Part shown: positions 9,660-21,407 of the stretch, one piece after another
Position numbering within the stretch: position 1 is the first letter of the stretch
How the letters are laid out: each line of letters opens with the position of its first letter
Virus record (IMG/VR): IMGVR_UViG_3300010158_000036
Span: 32,001-96,000 of that record
Source of the DNA: a virus
Reading direction: 5' to 3' (one strand)
DNA: 64,000 bases
Position numbers and translations under genes: made by a program
Notes under the pieces: model-generated
What the model was told of the DNA's origin: nothing
Seen by the model: the letters and a program-made list of their open reading frames with translations, nothing else
Database searches by the model: none

Positions 9660-10301
9660 CTAATTCTTAAAAGTCTTTAGAATAATATTCCTAGAATTAT
9701 TAAGATTGATTTCTTCCTTCAGAAAAGGTTGATATTGTAATATTTTATTATTTATATCTCCTATAATTCCTAAAGGATCTGACATTGTATTTTCTATATT
9801 CTTAACAAATCTAATCAGACTTTGAAGTATTACCAATGATTCCAAAGAGATTTTCCCATGGTATAACATTTTATAAATCAAAGGTACTTCGACATTATCT
9901 TTGGATATAAATGCGTCATCAAATGATAACTCTTTTTCGATACAGACTTTATAAAACTCAAATATCTCACACTTAAATGAGTATTCCATCCTTTGAATTT
10001 TTGCAATCCAACTAGAATATATATCTTCATTCATATCACCAATCCATTCTTTACCACCAAGAATATTTGCAAGAAAATATAGAATTATGTCATTTTTTCT
10101 AGGATACTTTTTTGATAATTTCTCCAAAGCCCATTTACTTCTAGATTCATTTCTAGATCCCGGTTTAAGTCTTGGCCCACGAAAGTTAAATTTAAATGCA
10201 TCGAATTTCGAACTCGATTGAAAATGCAACTTTATAGCCATATATATCTGCCATATATCACTGGCATTTATCTTAATGGAATCATGACTAATAACAATCA
10301 T
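9660..10301 (-). CDS. gp59: Helicase loader gp59
   Basis: YMAIKLHF...FDAFKFN, YFLAN, GKISLESL; adjacent to gp32. Confidence 0.85.
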   Translation of the reverse strand: MIVISHDSIKINASDIWQIYMAIKLHFQSSSKFDAFKFNFRGPRLKPGSRNESRSKWALEKLSKKYPRKNDIILYFLANILGGKEWIGDMNEDIYSSWIAKIQRMEYSFKCEIFEFYKVCIEKELSFDDAFISKDNVEVPLIYKMLYHGKISLESLVILQSLIRFVKNIENTMSDPLGIIGDINNKILQYQPFLKEEINLNNSRNIILKTFKN

Positions 10302-10552
10302 AGGAAATCAAATAGATCTCCGCTGGATCGAGGGAGTAAGAAATTCCTTTGTGCTTCAGATTCTAATTTGGCTTTCAACGAGCCTGTAATCAATTTTGCA
10401 ATATCTTCAGGTTCTACTCCTAATTCTTCACAGATATGTACAACAGCTTCCACATATTGCATGCCTTCCTCATGTACAAGAGTTTCAGTACGAGCAATTA
10501 GTTCAGCTTTAGTAAGAATAGGTAAGATTTGAGCAATTTCAGGATTATTCAT
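10298..10552 (-). CDS. gp33: Late transcription coactivator gp33
   Basis: YVEAVVHICEELGVEPEDIAKLI..SLKAKLESEA. Confidence 0.9.
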   Translation of the reverse strand: MNNPEIAQILPILTKAELIARTETLVHEEGMQYVEAVVHICEELGVEPEDIAKLITGSLKAKLESEAQRNFLLPRSSGDLFDFL

Positions 10553-10556
10553 ATTT

Positions 10557-11774
10557 TTAAATTCGAGGTTCGATTACTTTGAGCAAAATACAATCAGAAT
10601 TTACTCGACCAGTTACTGGTTTTCGAGTAGTCTTTACTCCATCGAAAATTTTATCTAACTTCTTTGGCGGAGCGGATAAAATACCGGCAAGAATTTCTTT
10701 AGGTTTGCGTAGTACCATTGCAAAACTTTCATCTGGATTCCAATCAAGTAGAGTTGATCCTTTAACAGAAAATCCTGGAGAACCTTTAGCAAAAAGTACA
10801 CTAAGCAATCTAGTTTTCGTATTGAAGATATAAAGTCTTTGAGATCCAGGAATTCTTGATGGTGCAACTGAATCCAATGAATAATCCGAAGAATTTAATT
10901 GATACTTCAATTTAGATACTTGTTTATCTGCAGACTTAGATTTCTTAATTCGAGGTTTGCGTTCAGCAACCTTAATTTTTGCATGTAATCTAACCTCAGC
11001 CAACATTGTATCAAAACCTTTTACAATATTTTTGAGATTAGCTTTAGATAAAAAGTTATAACTTTCCACCGCTTGAGGACATAATTTTTCCAGGGCATCA
11101 TTATACCCAGCTCTATGATACTCCAACCAATCAATAATTTGTTTACATCCTTGAGTCGGAACCTTATAGGTCTTAAGAAGATCTGTAAGATTAATACTAG
11201 CAATACCATTTTTAGGATTAGCCCATTTATCAATCAACTCTTCCAGAACCATAATGATATCTTTACGAACATTCTCGCGAATGCGCTCAAGGGGAGAAAT
11301 GGCTTTTACTTTCTTTTCTACAATTGAACTAGCAATTTCAGGAATTATTTCAAATTTAATTCTAAGAACTTTTCTAATTTCTTCTTTAACTACATCGTAA
11401 TCGGATTTGGCGATAGGAGGAATATCATGAAATGGAAGATTATTATAGTAATCTTGAGCATTTGGATGTAGTGGTGGCATTCCACGATCCATACATCGCA
11501 CTAGTTTTCCTACCATTGCTGGCAAAGCTCCCGATTCTGAATTCCTAATTGTAGAAATATCAGATGCAGAATACTTCTCTTTCTTCATCCATTTCAGTGT
11601 AAGATCCATCAAATCTTTTTCAGTTAGATAATAACCATAAAATCTGATAGCTTTTGATCGAGTAGAATAGAATTTTTCTAAATCCCAAGATTGCCAATTA
11701 TGCCAAACTTGTTCTCCTCCAGTATGGATAAAATCTGGAGAATTAACTGTTCCATTTTTGCTGTAAGTGCTCAT
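10557..11774 (-). CDS. Conserved T4-like hypothetical protein upstream of gp33
   Basis: 405 aa; C-terminal FNTKTR.L, GFSVKGSTL, LRKP, TGRVN...ILLKV. Confidence 0.6.
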   Translation of the reverse strand: MSTYSKNGTVNSPDFIHTGGEQVWHNWQSWDLEKFYSTRSKAIRFYGYYLTEKDLMDLTLKWMKKEKYSASDISTIRNSESGALPAMVGKLVRCMDRGMPPLHPNAQDYYNNLPFHDIPPIAKSDYDVVKEEIRKVLRIKFEIIPEIASSIVEKKVKAISPLERIRENVRKDIIMVLEELIDKWANPKNGIASINLTDLLKTYKVPTQGCKQIIDWLEYHRAGYNDALEKLCPQAVESYNFLSKANLKNIVKGFDTMLAEVRLHAKIKVAERKPRIKKSKSADKQVSKLKYQLNSSDYSLDSVAPSRIPGSQRLYIFNTKTRLLSVLFAKGSPGFSVKGSTLLDWNPDESFAMVLRKPKEILAGILSAPPKKLDKIFDGVKTTRKPVTGRVNSDCILLKVIEPRI

Positions 11775-11909
11775 TTAATTATGTGGTGTGTTACCAAAGA
11801 AAAAACCATCCAGATTTATTCCGAAGAGTCTTCTTTGTTTTTTCTAAGCGATGTTTACGAATATACAAAGAAGATTTTGCAGTGACTATCTTCTTCGCTA
11901 GTCTAATGG

Positions 11910-12185
11910 TCATAGAGCTGCAAGTTCAACAGAGATAATAGAATCAAATCGGAATGATCGCCATGAATCTTTATCCAAATCATATACGATTACAATACCA
12001 TCTGGATATCCACTTTTTAGTTTAGAATCATCTCCATCAGAATTCTTTGGATACTTATCCTTAGGAATATGTGTACCATCGCGAGTACATTTCATACACC
12101 GATGATCTCCATTCACTTTAATAAAAGTGACTTTGAGTACATTATTTTCCAGTGCAGTTACTAATTCTTCTTGAGTGTAGTTCAT
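11910..12185 (-). CDS. Small SH3/WYL_2-like (DUF2693-type) phage protein
   Basis: VTFIKVNGDHRCMKCT...VYDLDKDSWRSFRFDSI. Confidence 0.7.
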   Translation of the reverse strand: MNYTQEELVTALENNVLKVTFIKVNGDHRCMKCTRDGTHIPKDKYPKNSDGDDSKLKSGYPDGIVIVYDLDKDSWRSFRFDSIISVELAAL

Positions 12186-12444
12186 TAAGGGATGTAGATT
12201 GCAGACGGTTTTACTCCATTAATTTGAGATGCATATTTTTCGCCTTCTCGATGTCCTGCTTCATATGCAGATTCTTCAATATATGAAACTGCATCTTTAA
12301 TAGCTTGGACAGCCTCGATAATAGATACTGTTTCATTTTTTACAGATTGAAACAGCTCATATAACATATCTGCGTTTTTAGCTTTATTGTTTGTTTCCAT
12401 ATGATTATTATAAACTAAATTGATTGTGTTGTAAATATCTATTT

Positions 12445-13026
12445 TCAGAATTCAAACTCTAAAATTTCTCCATTCTTTGGATTAGCCATATTAGCTGTAA
12501 AATGTTCGATTGAGTATTTTTTAAGATACATAATCATCAATCGAATTGCTTCTCCATGAGATATAATAATAATATTGTCCGGAAGAGAATCTTTCTCACA
12601 ATGTAATTTTTGAAAGAATAGTGAGATTCTTTGATATACATTCATGAAGCTTTCACCATTAATAGGTGTATAGAAAAAATTAAAATGTAATTTTCTATCG
12701 AGGTTTGGAGTATCGACAATATAATTTAGTTCACCCCAAGTTCGTTCATGGATTAATGGTTCTTCAATCATATCACCATATACTCCAGCCAGAACGAATT
12801 CTGTATCAATTAATTCTGCTGTATCCTTTGCACGCAGGAAAGGAGAATAGAAAATACAACAGTCTTTATTTGGTCCGAGTTTATTAACTAAAGATTTTCC
12901 ACAAAGTTTTGCTTGGTCAATTCCCTTTGATGTAAGTTCAATCTCTGCATCATTCTTGGAAAAATAGATATTAGAATCTACGTTAGCCTCTGATTCACCA
13001 TGCCTAATAATGTACAATTTCTTCAT
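12445..13026 (-). CDS. Histidine phosphatase (PGM family)
   Basis: RHGES, SPFLRA..TA, GES, ISHG. Confidence 0.9.
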   Translation of the reverse strand: MKKLYIIRHGESEANVDSNIYFSKNDAEIELTSKGIDQAKLCGKSLVNKLGPNKDCCIFYSPFLRAKDTAELIDTEFVLAGVYGDMIEEPLIHERTWGELNYIVDTPNLDRKLHFNFFYTPINGESFMNVYQRISLFFQKLHCEKDSLPDNIIIISHGEAIRLMIMYLKKYSIEHFTANMANPKNGEILEFEF

Positions 13027-13032
13027 ATATGT

Positions 13033-13566
13033 TTAGTTAAATTCAAAGAAGTAAACCATTTGTTCGTCAATATTGACAATTTTATCTTCGTCTTTTGTAT
13101 TCACATCAAAGACGTCCCAGGGAATAATAACAATTGAATATGAATATTTTGTGGGCAATATATAAGCATAACCGTCTAGCATTTGTTCTTCTTCTTTAGA
13201 TTCTGCTTCAAACCAAATAGTCATATAAGAAACAGGAAGCATTGATGGTACACCATCAGAAAATTTATCATCTTCATATTGACATTCAGTTTCAATTTCA
13301 AGACCGCGTGACAAAAATGGATTTTCGACAAAATCATTATCAATATTGCCAGCTGAAGTTATTCCATATTGACATTTAAGATATTTATGATTTTCACTAT
13401 CAAAAGTAATAACAAGTTGCCCCTTGCTATTTTTCTCAAGAGCTAAATTCGTGATAAGAATTGGTGTTTGTGAATATTCCCTAGAGAAAATGCCAAAAGA
13501 TTCAAGTTTGGAATCTGAGAATCGACTTAAATCTTCTGTATATTGTGGAGTAAAATAAAGTTTCAT
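13033..13566 (-). CDS. Hypothetical protein
   Basis: 177-aa ORF in the minus-strand run. Confidence 0.55.
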   Translation of the reverse strand: MKLYFTPQYTEDLSRFSDSKLESFGIFSREYSQTPILITNLALEKNSKGQLVITFDSENHKYLKCQYGITSAGNIDNDFVENPFLSRGLEIETECQYEDDKFSDGVPSMLPVSYMTIWFEAESKEEEQMLDGYAYILPTKYSYSIVIIPWDVFDVNTKDEDKIVNIDEQMVYFFEFN

Positions 13567-13687
13567 AATATAGTTTGTTTGAGATCATTAGGCTTTTTAA
13601 AAGCCCAAACACTATCAACTACAACCTGAGATTCCTCAGATTTGTTGTTAAACTTATCTTTAAACAATTTAATTACATTCATAAAAC

Positions 13688-15664
13688 TCAACCTTCAACC
13701 ATTTTGATAAGGGCGTCTTCATCAATAATCGGAATTCCCCACTTAATAGCATTTTTAATCTTACTTGAAGGTTTATCATCAATATTAGAAACCACGAGAT
13801 AGTCAACATCGGCTTTCAAAGAATCTACAAGTTCATAACCGGTCTTTGCAAGAGGCTCTGCATATTCATGCTTCTTTTTTCCGCTAAGAAGTCGACCCGT
13901 AATGCATACAGTTTTTTTATTCATATTAATTGTATTCGTTTTTTTGTTTGTTATTAGTGTGATATATTTCAGAGTTTGTCGTAAAATACTTTCTTGATCC
14001 TTTAATGCTTTAAGAATTGTTTTCCCTACATTAGGTACCCCAGCTTTTCGTGCAAAGTCTTCATTCAAAAGACTATTATCGAACCAATGCTCAATATTTT
14101 CAAGTTCTGGATTTCCTTCAATCATTAGGGTAGCTTTGCGTACACCCAGCGACCTCGTGCCAAATGCACCAAGAAATTCTGGAAGAGTCATTTCAGTTCC
14201 TTTCTTTGCAATCTCTTCGCAAATATTAGTGGCACGAGTGAGTCCTAACCTTACGCGTCCATCTCCATCCATGAGCATATTCTCAATCATTTTCGGAGTA
14301 AGCTTATATAAATCTGGAACGGTATAAACAAATTCGTTGGACACAAGCGCATTAATGATAGAATCACCAAGCCCTAGAATATTTCGAGAAGATACAAATC
14401 GTTTAATCTTCCCTGAAATTTGCGCGTCACATTTAATATTTTCACAGAATAATACAACCGAATCATTTCCACTTGTATTTTTCCGATGGCTTAGAGGATG
14501 ACCACATACCGGACATACCTTAGGAATTTCTATATGAACCTGAATTGAAGGATCAAATTCAGATACCACGGAGATAATCTGTGGAATAATATCACCAGCT
14601 TTTACAACTTCAACCTTAGCTCCAATAAAGGCTCCAAGAGTTTTAATATTGGCGATATTAGCTAATGACGCTTTTTTTACAGTAGAGCCGCCGATGCGCA
14701 CAGCTTCAATCATTGCAACCGGACAAATTGCGCCAGAACTTCCCACCTGCCATTCCACTGAATTAAGTGTACTGATACACTTCTCAGCGGGAAACTTCCA
14801 AGCTACCTGTCCTTTTGGCTTACGATCATTTCCAATACCAAGCGCTTTCTGTGTTGATATAAAATCGTATTGAATTATCGTTCCATCAATCCAAAACGGA
14901 AGCTTATCAGCATCACGCAATTCCTTCACTTTATTATAGAATACATGAACTTCTTCAAGAGTTAAATTTCCCTGACCCGGAACTGTCGTAAATCCAAGAG
15001 TCCTGAGAAATGACATCTGATCTGAAACTGTATTCAACTCGAATTGATCTTTATCAGATTTGGATAGAAAATCAATGTCGAATGCAAGAGCTGTAATATA
15101 TTGAGACTTCGCAGAATCGTCACGACCTAGAATTCCGTTGGCGACAGCTCGCGGATTACTACTTATAAGAGGATCAGCTTTAGGCCAATCTTCAAGAGTG
15201 GTTACAGCCTCACACCGAATTGCCACATCAATTTCATATGGAAGCCTAAGAGGAACTCCTTGAAAGTTTCCGGCTTGAATTGAAATATCTTCTCCTTCAA
15301 TACCATCTCCTCGTGTAACTCCAGAAACCAGATTACCCTTCTTGTAATATAGGGCGAGTGATCCACCATCAGCCTTATATGATACATGGAAACAATCTGT
15401 ATTACGCCGATTTTTCTTCCAGTTCAAGAGTTCTTCGAATGTATGAACTTTCTCCTGAGACCCCATATGAATCTGATGCTTAGTTTTTACAGAATCAGAT
15501 TTAAAAATTGAAGTACCAACTTGGTTCAGAGCCGGTTCTCCTGGATTAAATTCTCGAATTTCTTCTTCCAACTCATCGAATTGTGGATCCGACATAATTG
15601 GATATCCGGAATAATAAGTATGTTTGGCCTTTAAATACAAGGAGATTTTTTCTTGATAGTTCAT
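13688..15664 (-). CDS. ligA: NAD-dependent DNA ligase
   Basis: MSDPQFD, KADG, VTRGDG..GED, AWKF, KAGDIIPQI, zinc finger CPVC...C...C, C-terminal BRCT. Confidence 0.95.
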   Translation of the reverse strand: MNYQEKISLYLKAKHTYYSGYPIMSDPQFDELEEEIREFNPGEPALNQVGTSIFKSDSVKTKHQIHMGSQEKVHTFEELLNWKKNRRNTDCFHVSYKADGGSLALYYKKGNLVSGVTRGDGIEGEDISIQAGNFQGVPLRLPYEIDVAIRCEAVTTLEDWPKADPLISSNPRAVANGILGRDDSAKSQYITALAFDIDFLSKSDKDQFELNTVSDQMSFLRTLGFTTVPGQGNLTLEEVHVFYNKVKELRDADKLPFWIDGTIIQYDFISTQKALGIGNDRKPKGQVAWKFPAEKCISTLNSVEWQVGSSGAICPVAMIEAVRIGGSTVKKASLANIANIKTLGAFIGAKVEVVKAGDIIPQIISVVSEFDPSIQVHIEIPKVCPVCGHPLSHRKNTSGNDSVVLFCENIKCDAQISGKIKRFVSSRNILGLGDSIINALVSNEFVYTVPDLYKLTPKMIENMLMDGDGRVRLGLTRATNICEEIAKKGTEMTLPEFLGAFGTRSLGVRKATLMIEGNPELENIEHWFDNSLLNEDFARKAGVPNVGKTILKALKDQESILRQTLKYITLITNKKTNTINMNKKTVCITGRLLSGKKKHEYAEPLAKTGYELVDSLKADVDYLVVSNIDDKPSSKIKNAIKWGIPIIDEDALIKMVEG

Positions 15665-16212
15665 ATATTATAGATTAGATAAATTCTTAAATTTAAGCAT
15701 AACCCGTAGAATTAATTACTCGAAATTTCAGCTTTTGTTTATTTTGGGCATGCATATCAAGATGATTCTTTGAAATCAGTTTTGAAATTCTCATGAGAGT
15801 AATAATATCAAAAGATAATAGAAACAGCTTGAATTGATATAGATTCGTATATTGTGGTAAATCATCATCTTGCTGAATATACGCCGAATTTTTAGAACGC
15901 AGCACACGGAATCTACTTCGATAAAAACTAAAATGTACAGTGTCTCCGTGGTTGAAATTCGAGAGAATCATACTCACGAGTGTATCATTACCGCGCAGGA
16001 TTCTTTCCGGCCGTGTTAGATATCAGGTGATCGTAATAGTTTCATCCTTGGGAGGAAGAATAGTTTCAAGCGTCATTTTTGTAATCATAATATTAAATGT
16101 CTGCAATTTTGTTAAGAATAACTCCAAGAATCACGGTAACAATTGCAAGAGCAGAATAAAAGATTACTGCAACTTCGATTTCAATTTGAGATGGACTAAT
16201 CATAATTTGTGG

Positions 16213-16313
16213 TATTCCTTACGAAATCAATATACACTAAAACCTGAAACTTGTAAACGAAAAAGCGCATAAAATGCGAAAATAATTTTAATCCATTGCA
16301 AATCAATTGGTTA
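16213..16313 (-). promoter_or_regulatory. Early promoter cassette with upstream 25-bp palindrome
   Basis: Minus strand TTTTTCGTTTACAAG...GTGTATATTGATTTCGTAAGGAA; palindrome 16289-16313, second copy 16396-16420. Confidence 0.75.
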
Positions 16314-17448
16314 CGGATATTCATTAAAAAACACTCGATTTAATGGTTTTGCCAGAGAATACGAAAAAACCGGAAAATCGTCATTTCCGATTTCATAACT
16401 CATTGCAAATCAATGGGTTATATTCCGAGAAATTCATAAAATCGTGAATTTCTCAATTTACGGGTAAATACCCATAACAAACTCAAATATGCTCTAGATT
16501 TGGGCTTTAATTCTTAGAATGTGCAAATTTAAACTTTTTTCTACCAATCTATCCCAATCGGAACTTTCAATTACTTTTACTGCTTTTATTTTCATATTTA
16601 CTTAAATAATAGTTTTGGAGCATAATTTCTTGAAACAGATCTGCTGCGTCATCAACAGCATTTTGAAGGTTTTCAAGTTGAGTACAAGCTTCATCAAGAA
16701 ATAAACCGATTTCAGTTGGTGTAAACTTTAAGTTATCTTCTAATCCTCGACACCAACTATTATAAGACGTTATTTTTTCAATGAGAGTCATAGAGCCTTA
16801 AGCAGTTCCAGTGTGTTCGCAGCTTGTTCGCTATCTTGTTCAAGAACTTTAGCCCATTCACTATTTTTACGAGTACTCCGGCCAAGATCCCTATCATGAA
16901 TAATAAGACATTCTTTGGTGTGTTCAAGGCAATTAGAAATAGATTGAATCGCCGCATAGATAGTATCTTTTTCAACTGTTATCATTTCTGGAATATAACC
17001 TTGAAATTTGGATGGTTCTACACGCTCGGGATCTTTAACCTTAATGAAAAAACGGTTTGGTTTCATGAGTTAGTTATAATGAAGAATTGCAAGACCTATA
17101 AAAAAGAGCCCGAATGTGATCAGTGTGATCAGAGAGCGGCCAACAACATAATTTTATCATCTTGATCCATATAATTTCTTTTTAGGAATTTGCGTAAGTG
17201 CCGAACCGAGAATAATCAACTTCCCGAAGTTTATAATAAGTTCGTGTTAATGTTTTATCCCCTTTATTTGAAGCGATAATCCACCCATTCGGTTGCCGTG
17301 TTAGCCCCCAGGATGCGCCCAAACGGCGATGTAGAAATTTACCAAGCGCTGATGTAGGACTATCAGCCTCGATGATTATTTCCTGTCCATTTTTATCTAG
17401 TACGATGTATGTGCTATTTTTCATAATGTAGTTTTCTTAAGAATGAAA

Positions 17449-17751
17449 TTAGGCAGGAATTGCAAGAATAAATTCTCCACAGCAATTCAGTACAGAATAT
17501 CCTTGAAATACACCATTATTATATGGTGTAACGTAATTGCCAGACGTACAAATCCAGGCACCCGAAATACCTAAAGTGTAATCAATCATATTGGATCCGG
17601 CGGATGCGGCGGGATGAAATGCACTATTTTCGTTTTCCATCACTGAGTCATACATTCCGTCAAATTTAGACTTAACGTTAATATAGAGATTTGCTCTATT
17701 TTTACGGACAAACGATTTGAGAGTTGCAATAGTTGTCTTTTTAGGATTCAT
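17449..17751 (-). CDS. Hypothetical early protein
   Basis: First ORF after an early promoter cassette. Confidence 0.6.
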   Translation of the reverse strand: MNPKKTTIATLKSFVRKNRANLYINVKSKFDGMYDSVMENENSAFHPAASAGSNMIDYTLGISGAWICTSGNYVTPYNNGVFQGYSVLNCCGEFILAIPA

Positions 17752-17763
17752 GGTGTTGTGCTT

Positions 17764-17867
17764 GAGGTTTCCTTACGGGCTCAATATACACTAAAACCCA
17801 TGACTTGTAAACAAAAAAGGTGTGTAAAACCTGAAAATAATAGAATTCTGTTGCAAATTAAGGGTTA
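17764..17867 (-). promoter_or_regulatory. Early promoter cassette
   Basis: TTTTTTGTTTACAAG...GTGTATATTGAGCCCGTAAGGAAACC; degenerate palindrome 17843-17867. Confidence 0.8.
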
Positions 17868-18197
17868 TGAACGCTTATTTTTTGAATTTCTCTGATTCCA
17901 TGATCATTTTAGCCAAATCCCGAGGATTTTCAATCTTTCTTAGCTTAGATTGATCACTTGATCTGGCTTTTTTGCCATCAATCCCACAAGAATTTTCAAA
18001 AATGAACCAGGAAATCCATCCTTCAATATCGGTCAGATCCAAGAGAATATCGAAGTTTCTCCAGATAGCTTCATATAGTTCTCCATTTATATCCATTGCA
18101 CCAACATCAACTACGGCTTGGCAAGCTTTACTAAGTCTCTGATAAGATTCTATAATATTAGTAATTTTCTTTTCCAACTCTTTAACTTGGGTTTTTT

Positions 18198-18605
18198 TCA
18201 TAATTTCCATTTTTCCTTTATATATTTTTCTCCATCAAAGTACCATAAATTCTTATAGCCGACCCCCGATAATACTCTAGCACAATTTTCACATGGTTTT
18301 GAAATTGCTGCACGATCATTATTATCAATACGAATGTTATAAAATGAAAGATCGGAACAATCACTGAATCCCATTTTAATTAATGATGAAATTTCTGAGT
18401 GTAATGATGCAACATAATTATCTCCATTGGACTTTATATAATCTGTGAACTTATGTCGTCGATGTAGCTTGTTGTAATTATTGGTCGCAAGACACAGCAT
18501 CTTATTTCCTCGATATACAAATGTGCTATGAAACGATTTACCAGTCTGAGCTCCAAGTTTTAAGGCTCGTGCGATTTCCTCAAGTCTTGAAAAGTTAATT
18601 GCCAT
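18198..18605 (-). CDS. Zinc-dependent cytidine/CMP deaminase-fold protein
   Basis: HSE and SKPCENC. Confidence 0.75.
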   Translation of the reverse strand: MAINFSRLEEIARALKLGAQTGKSFHSTFVYRGNKMLCLATNNYNKLHRRHKFTDYIKSNGDNYVASLHSEISSLIKMGFSDCSDLSFYNIRIDNNDRAAISKPCENCARVLSGVGYKNLWYFDGEKYIKEKWKL

Positions 18606-18695
18606 TACAATTTAAGAATTGCATTTGAAAATAATAGAATTACCATAAATGCACAGATTAATGGTAGGAATTCATTATGAGTGATAAAGATAAAA

Positions 18696-19304
18696 CTACA
18701 AAGTTGGAACATATTCTTTAATATACTTAAATAGTTCTAAGGTTTTTTCAACGTCATACATTGCATTATGTGCTTCACTTTCTTCAAATTTGATGCCTGC
18801 AGATTTACACACAGTCTCTAACTTAAAATTAGGCAATGCCCCCCGCACACGTTGAGTAAACCAAGCGGAGGCTTGCATTACACAAATAGTTGGTACCCAA
18901 AACCAAGATCCAAAATAGTTATCACCATTCTTAGCAAAAAATTCACGAATGAAATCAGAATCAAATGAAGCATTATAAGCAACCATTTGCATCTTATCAG
19001 TTTTATCATATTTGTTACAATGACGTGATAGAATCTTAACGAATTCCTGATAAGCTTCGCCTGCACTCATTTCGAGATTCTCTAGTCTTTCACGACTCAT
19101 TCCAGTTTTTTCAGTGGAGCCTGCATCAATATGTTCTAAAGATAATGGTCGAAATGTAAAATCGAATTTTTCCAAAACATTCAAATCAGGATCAGTGATA
19201 ATACCAGACAACTGAAATAAATTGTGCAACTTTCTGTCAACACCTGTTGTCTCTGTGTCAATGAATATGTTTTTATATCCACTATAAGGGGTTTCTTTAC
19301 TCAT
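18696..19304 (-). CDS. DEDDh 3'-5' exonuclease (DnaQ-like)
   Basis: FIDTETTG, AYNASFD, AHNAMYD. Confidence 0.9.
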   Translation of the reverse strand: MSKETPYSGYKNIFIDTETTGVDRKLHNLFQLSGIITDPDLNVLEKFDFTFRPLSLEHIDAGSTEKTGMSRERLENLEMSAGEAYQEFVKILSRHCNKYDKTDKMQMVAYNASFDSDFIREFFAKNGDNYFGSWFWVPTICVMQASAWFTQRVRGALPNFKLETVCKSAGIKFEESEAHNAMYDVEKTLELFKYIKEYVPTL

Positions 19305-20350
19305 GTGTTTTTTCTTTAAGAATTAAAGATGGATCTAAAATCAATGAAGGAATCTGTTTTACAAATTTGCGTTTACATATACAACCCTTGATTTCTGTGA
19401 TTGTTCGAATTTGTGCAATCTCTGCTCGAAGTAATTCATTTTCGGCTTCAAGAGATGAAATGAGTTTTACTTTGGATTGGTTTATTCCATATGTCACATA
19501 CGAATCATCAATGAGATCAGCTACACGGTTATCATGATCTGTGAATAGAACATAATCTCCTTTAGGATCGGAAATCATTGTACCATCAAGGGGCTTGTAT
19601 CTTTTGATGTTATCAATCATAATTATCTGCAATACCAATCCGTTAAAGGTTTCGTCTTATTTTTGTTCGCAATCCCATTACTCTAGCTTTATGAACTAAA
19701 GATTTTTCTTTAAGTTCACCAATCTCTTTTCTAAGTGCTTCATTCTCCACGGCAAATGCTAAATTAGATTCTCTGAGAATTTGAAGATCCATGGGAAGAC
19801 AAACCATATTTTTATGAGCAACCAACCGATCTGCATAATTACTCATTTCCATATAATCGTCATATGAAACAAAACGACCCGTTGATGCTTCATCCATACT
19901 CCACTCATCATTAGGTTCATATCTAGTCACGTTTTGCATAAATTTATTATATTATATTTCCTTTTCAGTTTTTCGTAAAGTTTCTTCTCAGTTTCTGATT
20001 TTTTATCATTAACTTTTTTCACACGTTCAGTGTGAATCTGTTCATACTTGATTCTTTTTTGTATTCATTGTCAGTTTCAAGTCTATCTCCTGTGAGGTTA
20101 ATTTCATCATAACCACCATCCCAAACACAACCACGTGTGATACAAATATCATTGTAACCTTTGGTTGTGTAATATTCCTGCCACTCTGTAAGAGACTTAA
20201 TGACGGAATCTATCGGTCCGTCTAAATCCATAGCATTTAATATTTCTCTAATTTTCTTCTTCATATGATAATGCTTCATTTGCGATTTTTAAAACTTTCA
20301 TCTGATGTGATCTCTTCATTATCTTTTAAAGATATTAAAAATCTTCATGA

Positions 20351-20995
20351 TTATGCCATTCTAAGTGTTTGTACTTTTGTAACCATACCATCTTTAACAA
20401 TAATCAATCCGGCTCTACCTGATAGAACTTGAATAGTGTCCCAACACCATAAAGACTCACCATTTTCCAACTTTAATTTGGAGAATATCTTTTCTTCATA
20501 CGATGGATAATTATAGTGTTCAATTCTAACTAGTTCTGAAAAAGGTTGCGCATTTGGATATTCACTAATTGAAACAGGCGTTTTCAATAGAACGAATCCA
20601 GCATCATCTTTATCATATATGGAAATGACATAAAATCTATCATCCATTCGTTTCCATTCCACATATTTATTATCACTTATTTTAGTGGAACAATATCCAT
20701 TATTACATTTTTGATCTTCATCTGTAGGAGCTACAAGATTTAAATCTGAGCATTCATCACTGAACTGTTGCAACTCAGTGATAATACAATCAAGATCGTA
20801 AGAATGATCTCTACTAATGTGATAACCAAAGCCTCGTTTGGCTTCTGGCGTTAATGTAGCTCGCCACATCAATGCGCCATAAACATCTTCAAATGTAATT
20901 GAGAAGATGTATGGATTTTTGAATTTACCATAGTTGATTAGAGTTTTAATTAATTCGATGTTCATAATTATTTTGTATTTATTGAAAATTGACAT
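20351..20995 (-). CDS. Hypothetical protein
   Basis: 214-aa ORF. Confidence 0.5.
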   Translation of the reverse strand: MSIFNKYKIIMNIELIKTLINYGKFKNPYIFSITFEDVYGALMWRATLTPEAKRGFGYHISRDHSYDLDCIITELQQFSDECSDLNLVAPTDEDQKCNNGYCSTKISDNKYVEWKRMDDRFYVISIYDKDDAGFVLLKTPVSISEYPNAQPFSELVRIEHYNYPSYEEKIFSKLKLENGESLWCWDTIQVLSGRAGLIIVKDGMVTKVQTLRMA

Positions 20996-21332
20996 ATTAA
21001 TTTTTCTTCGCAGATACGCAAATCCAAGTCTTGATCAAAGTTGCATACTTATTATTTTTATGCCGTTCCTTAATCATTTTTAAAGCTGCAGATTTAGTCA
21101 TTGGATTTGTAGTATGTGTTGGTGATAATCCAACTATCCATGCTACATATTTGCAGCCTGGAGCTAACCTCGGATATTCAGTGTATTTCATATTTTATTT
21201 TAAAAATTACTTCGAATATTTTTCCATAAATCAAAAACAGATTTGTAAATATCTAGTTGAGTTTGTGTCCAAGTTTTATCCTTACATGTTTCAAGAGTTA
21301 AGTTTTTAAATCCGCTGTCATAATTTAAGGTA

Positions 21333-21405
21333 AGGTTTCCTTACGGGTAATTCTACACTATTTTCGGTCTCTTGTAAACAAAAAACCACATAAAATCCCA
21401 TTTAT
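21333..21405 (-). promoter_or_regulatory. Early promoter cassette
   Basis: TTTTTTGTTTACAAG...GTGTAGAATTACCCGTAAGGAAACC. Confidence 0.75.
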
Positions 21406-21407
21406 TT

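Noticed and set aside
20048-20062. Programmed -1 frameshift at the A-run in ORF 20019-20279
   Set aside because: The AAAAAAG run is not in A_AAA_AAG phase; a 1-bp deletion is simpler
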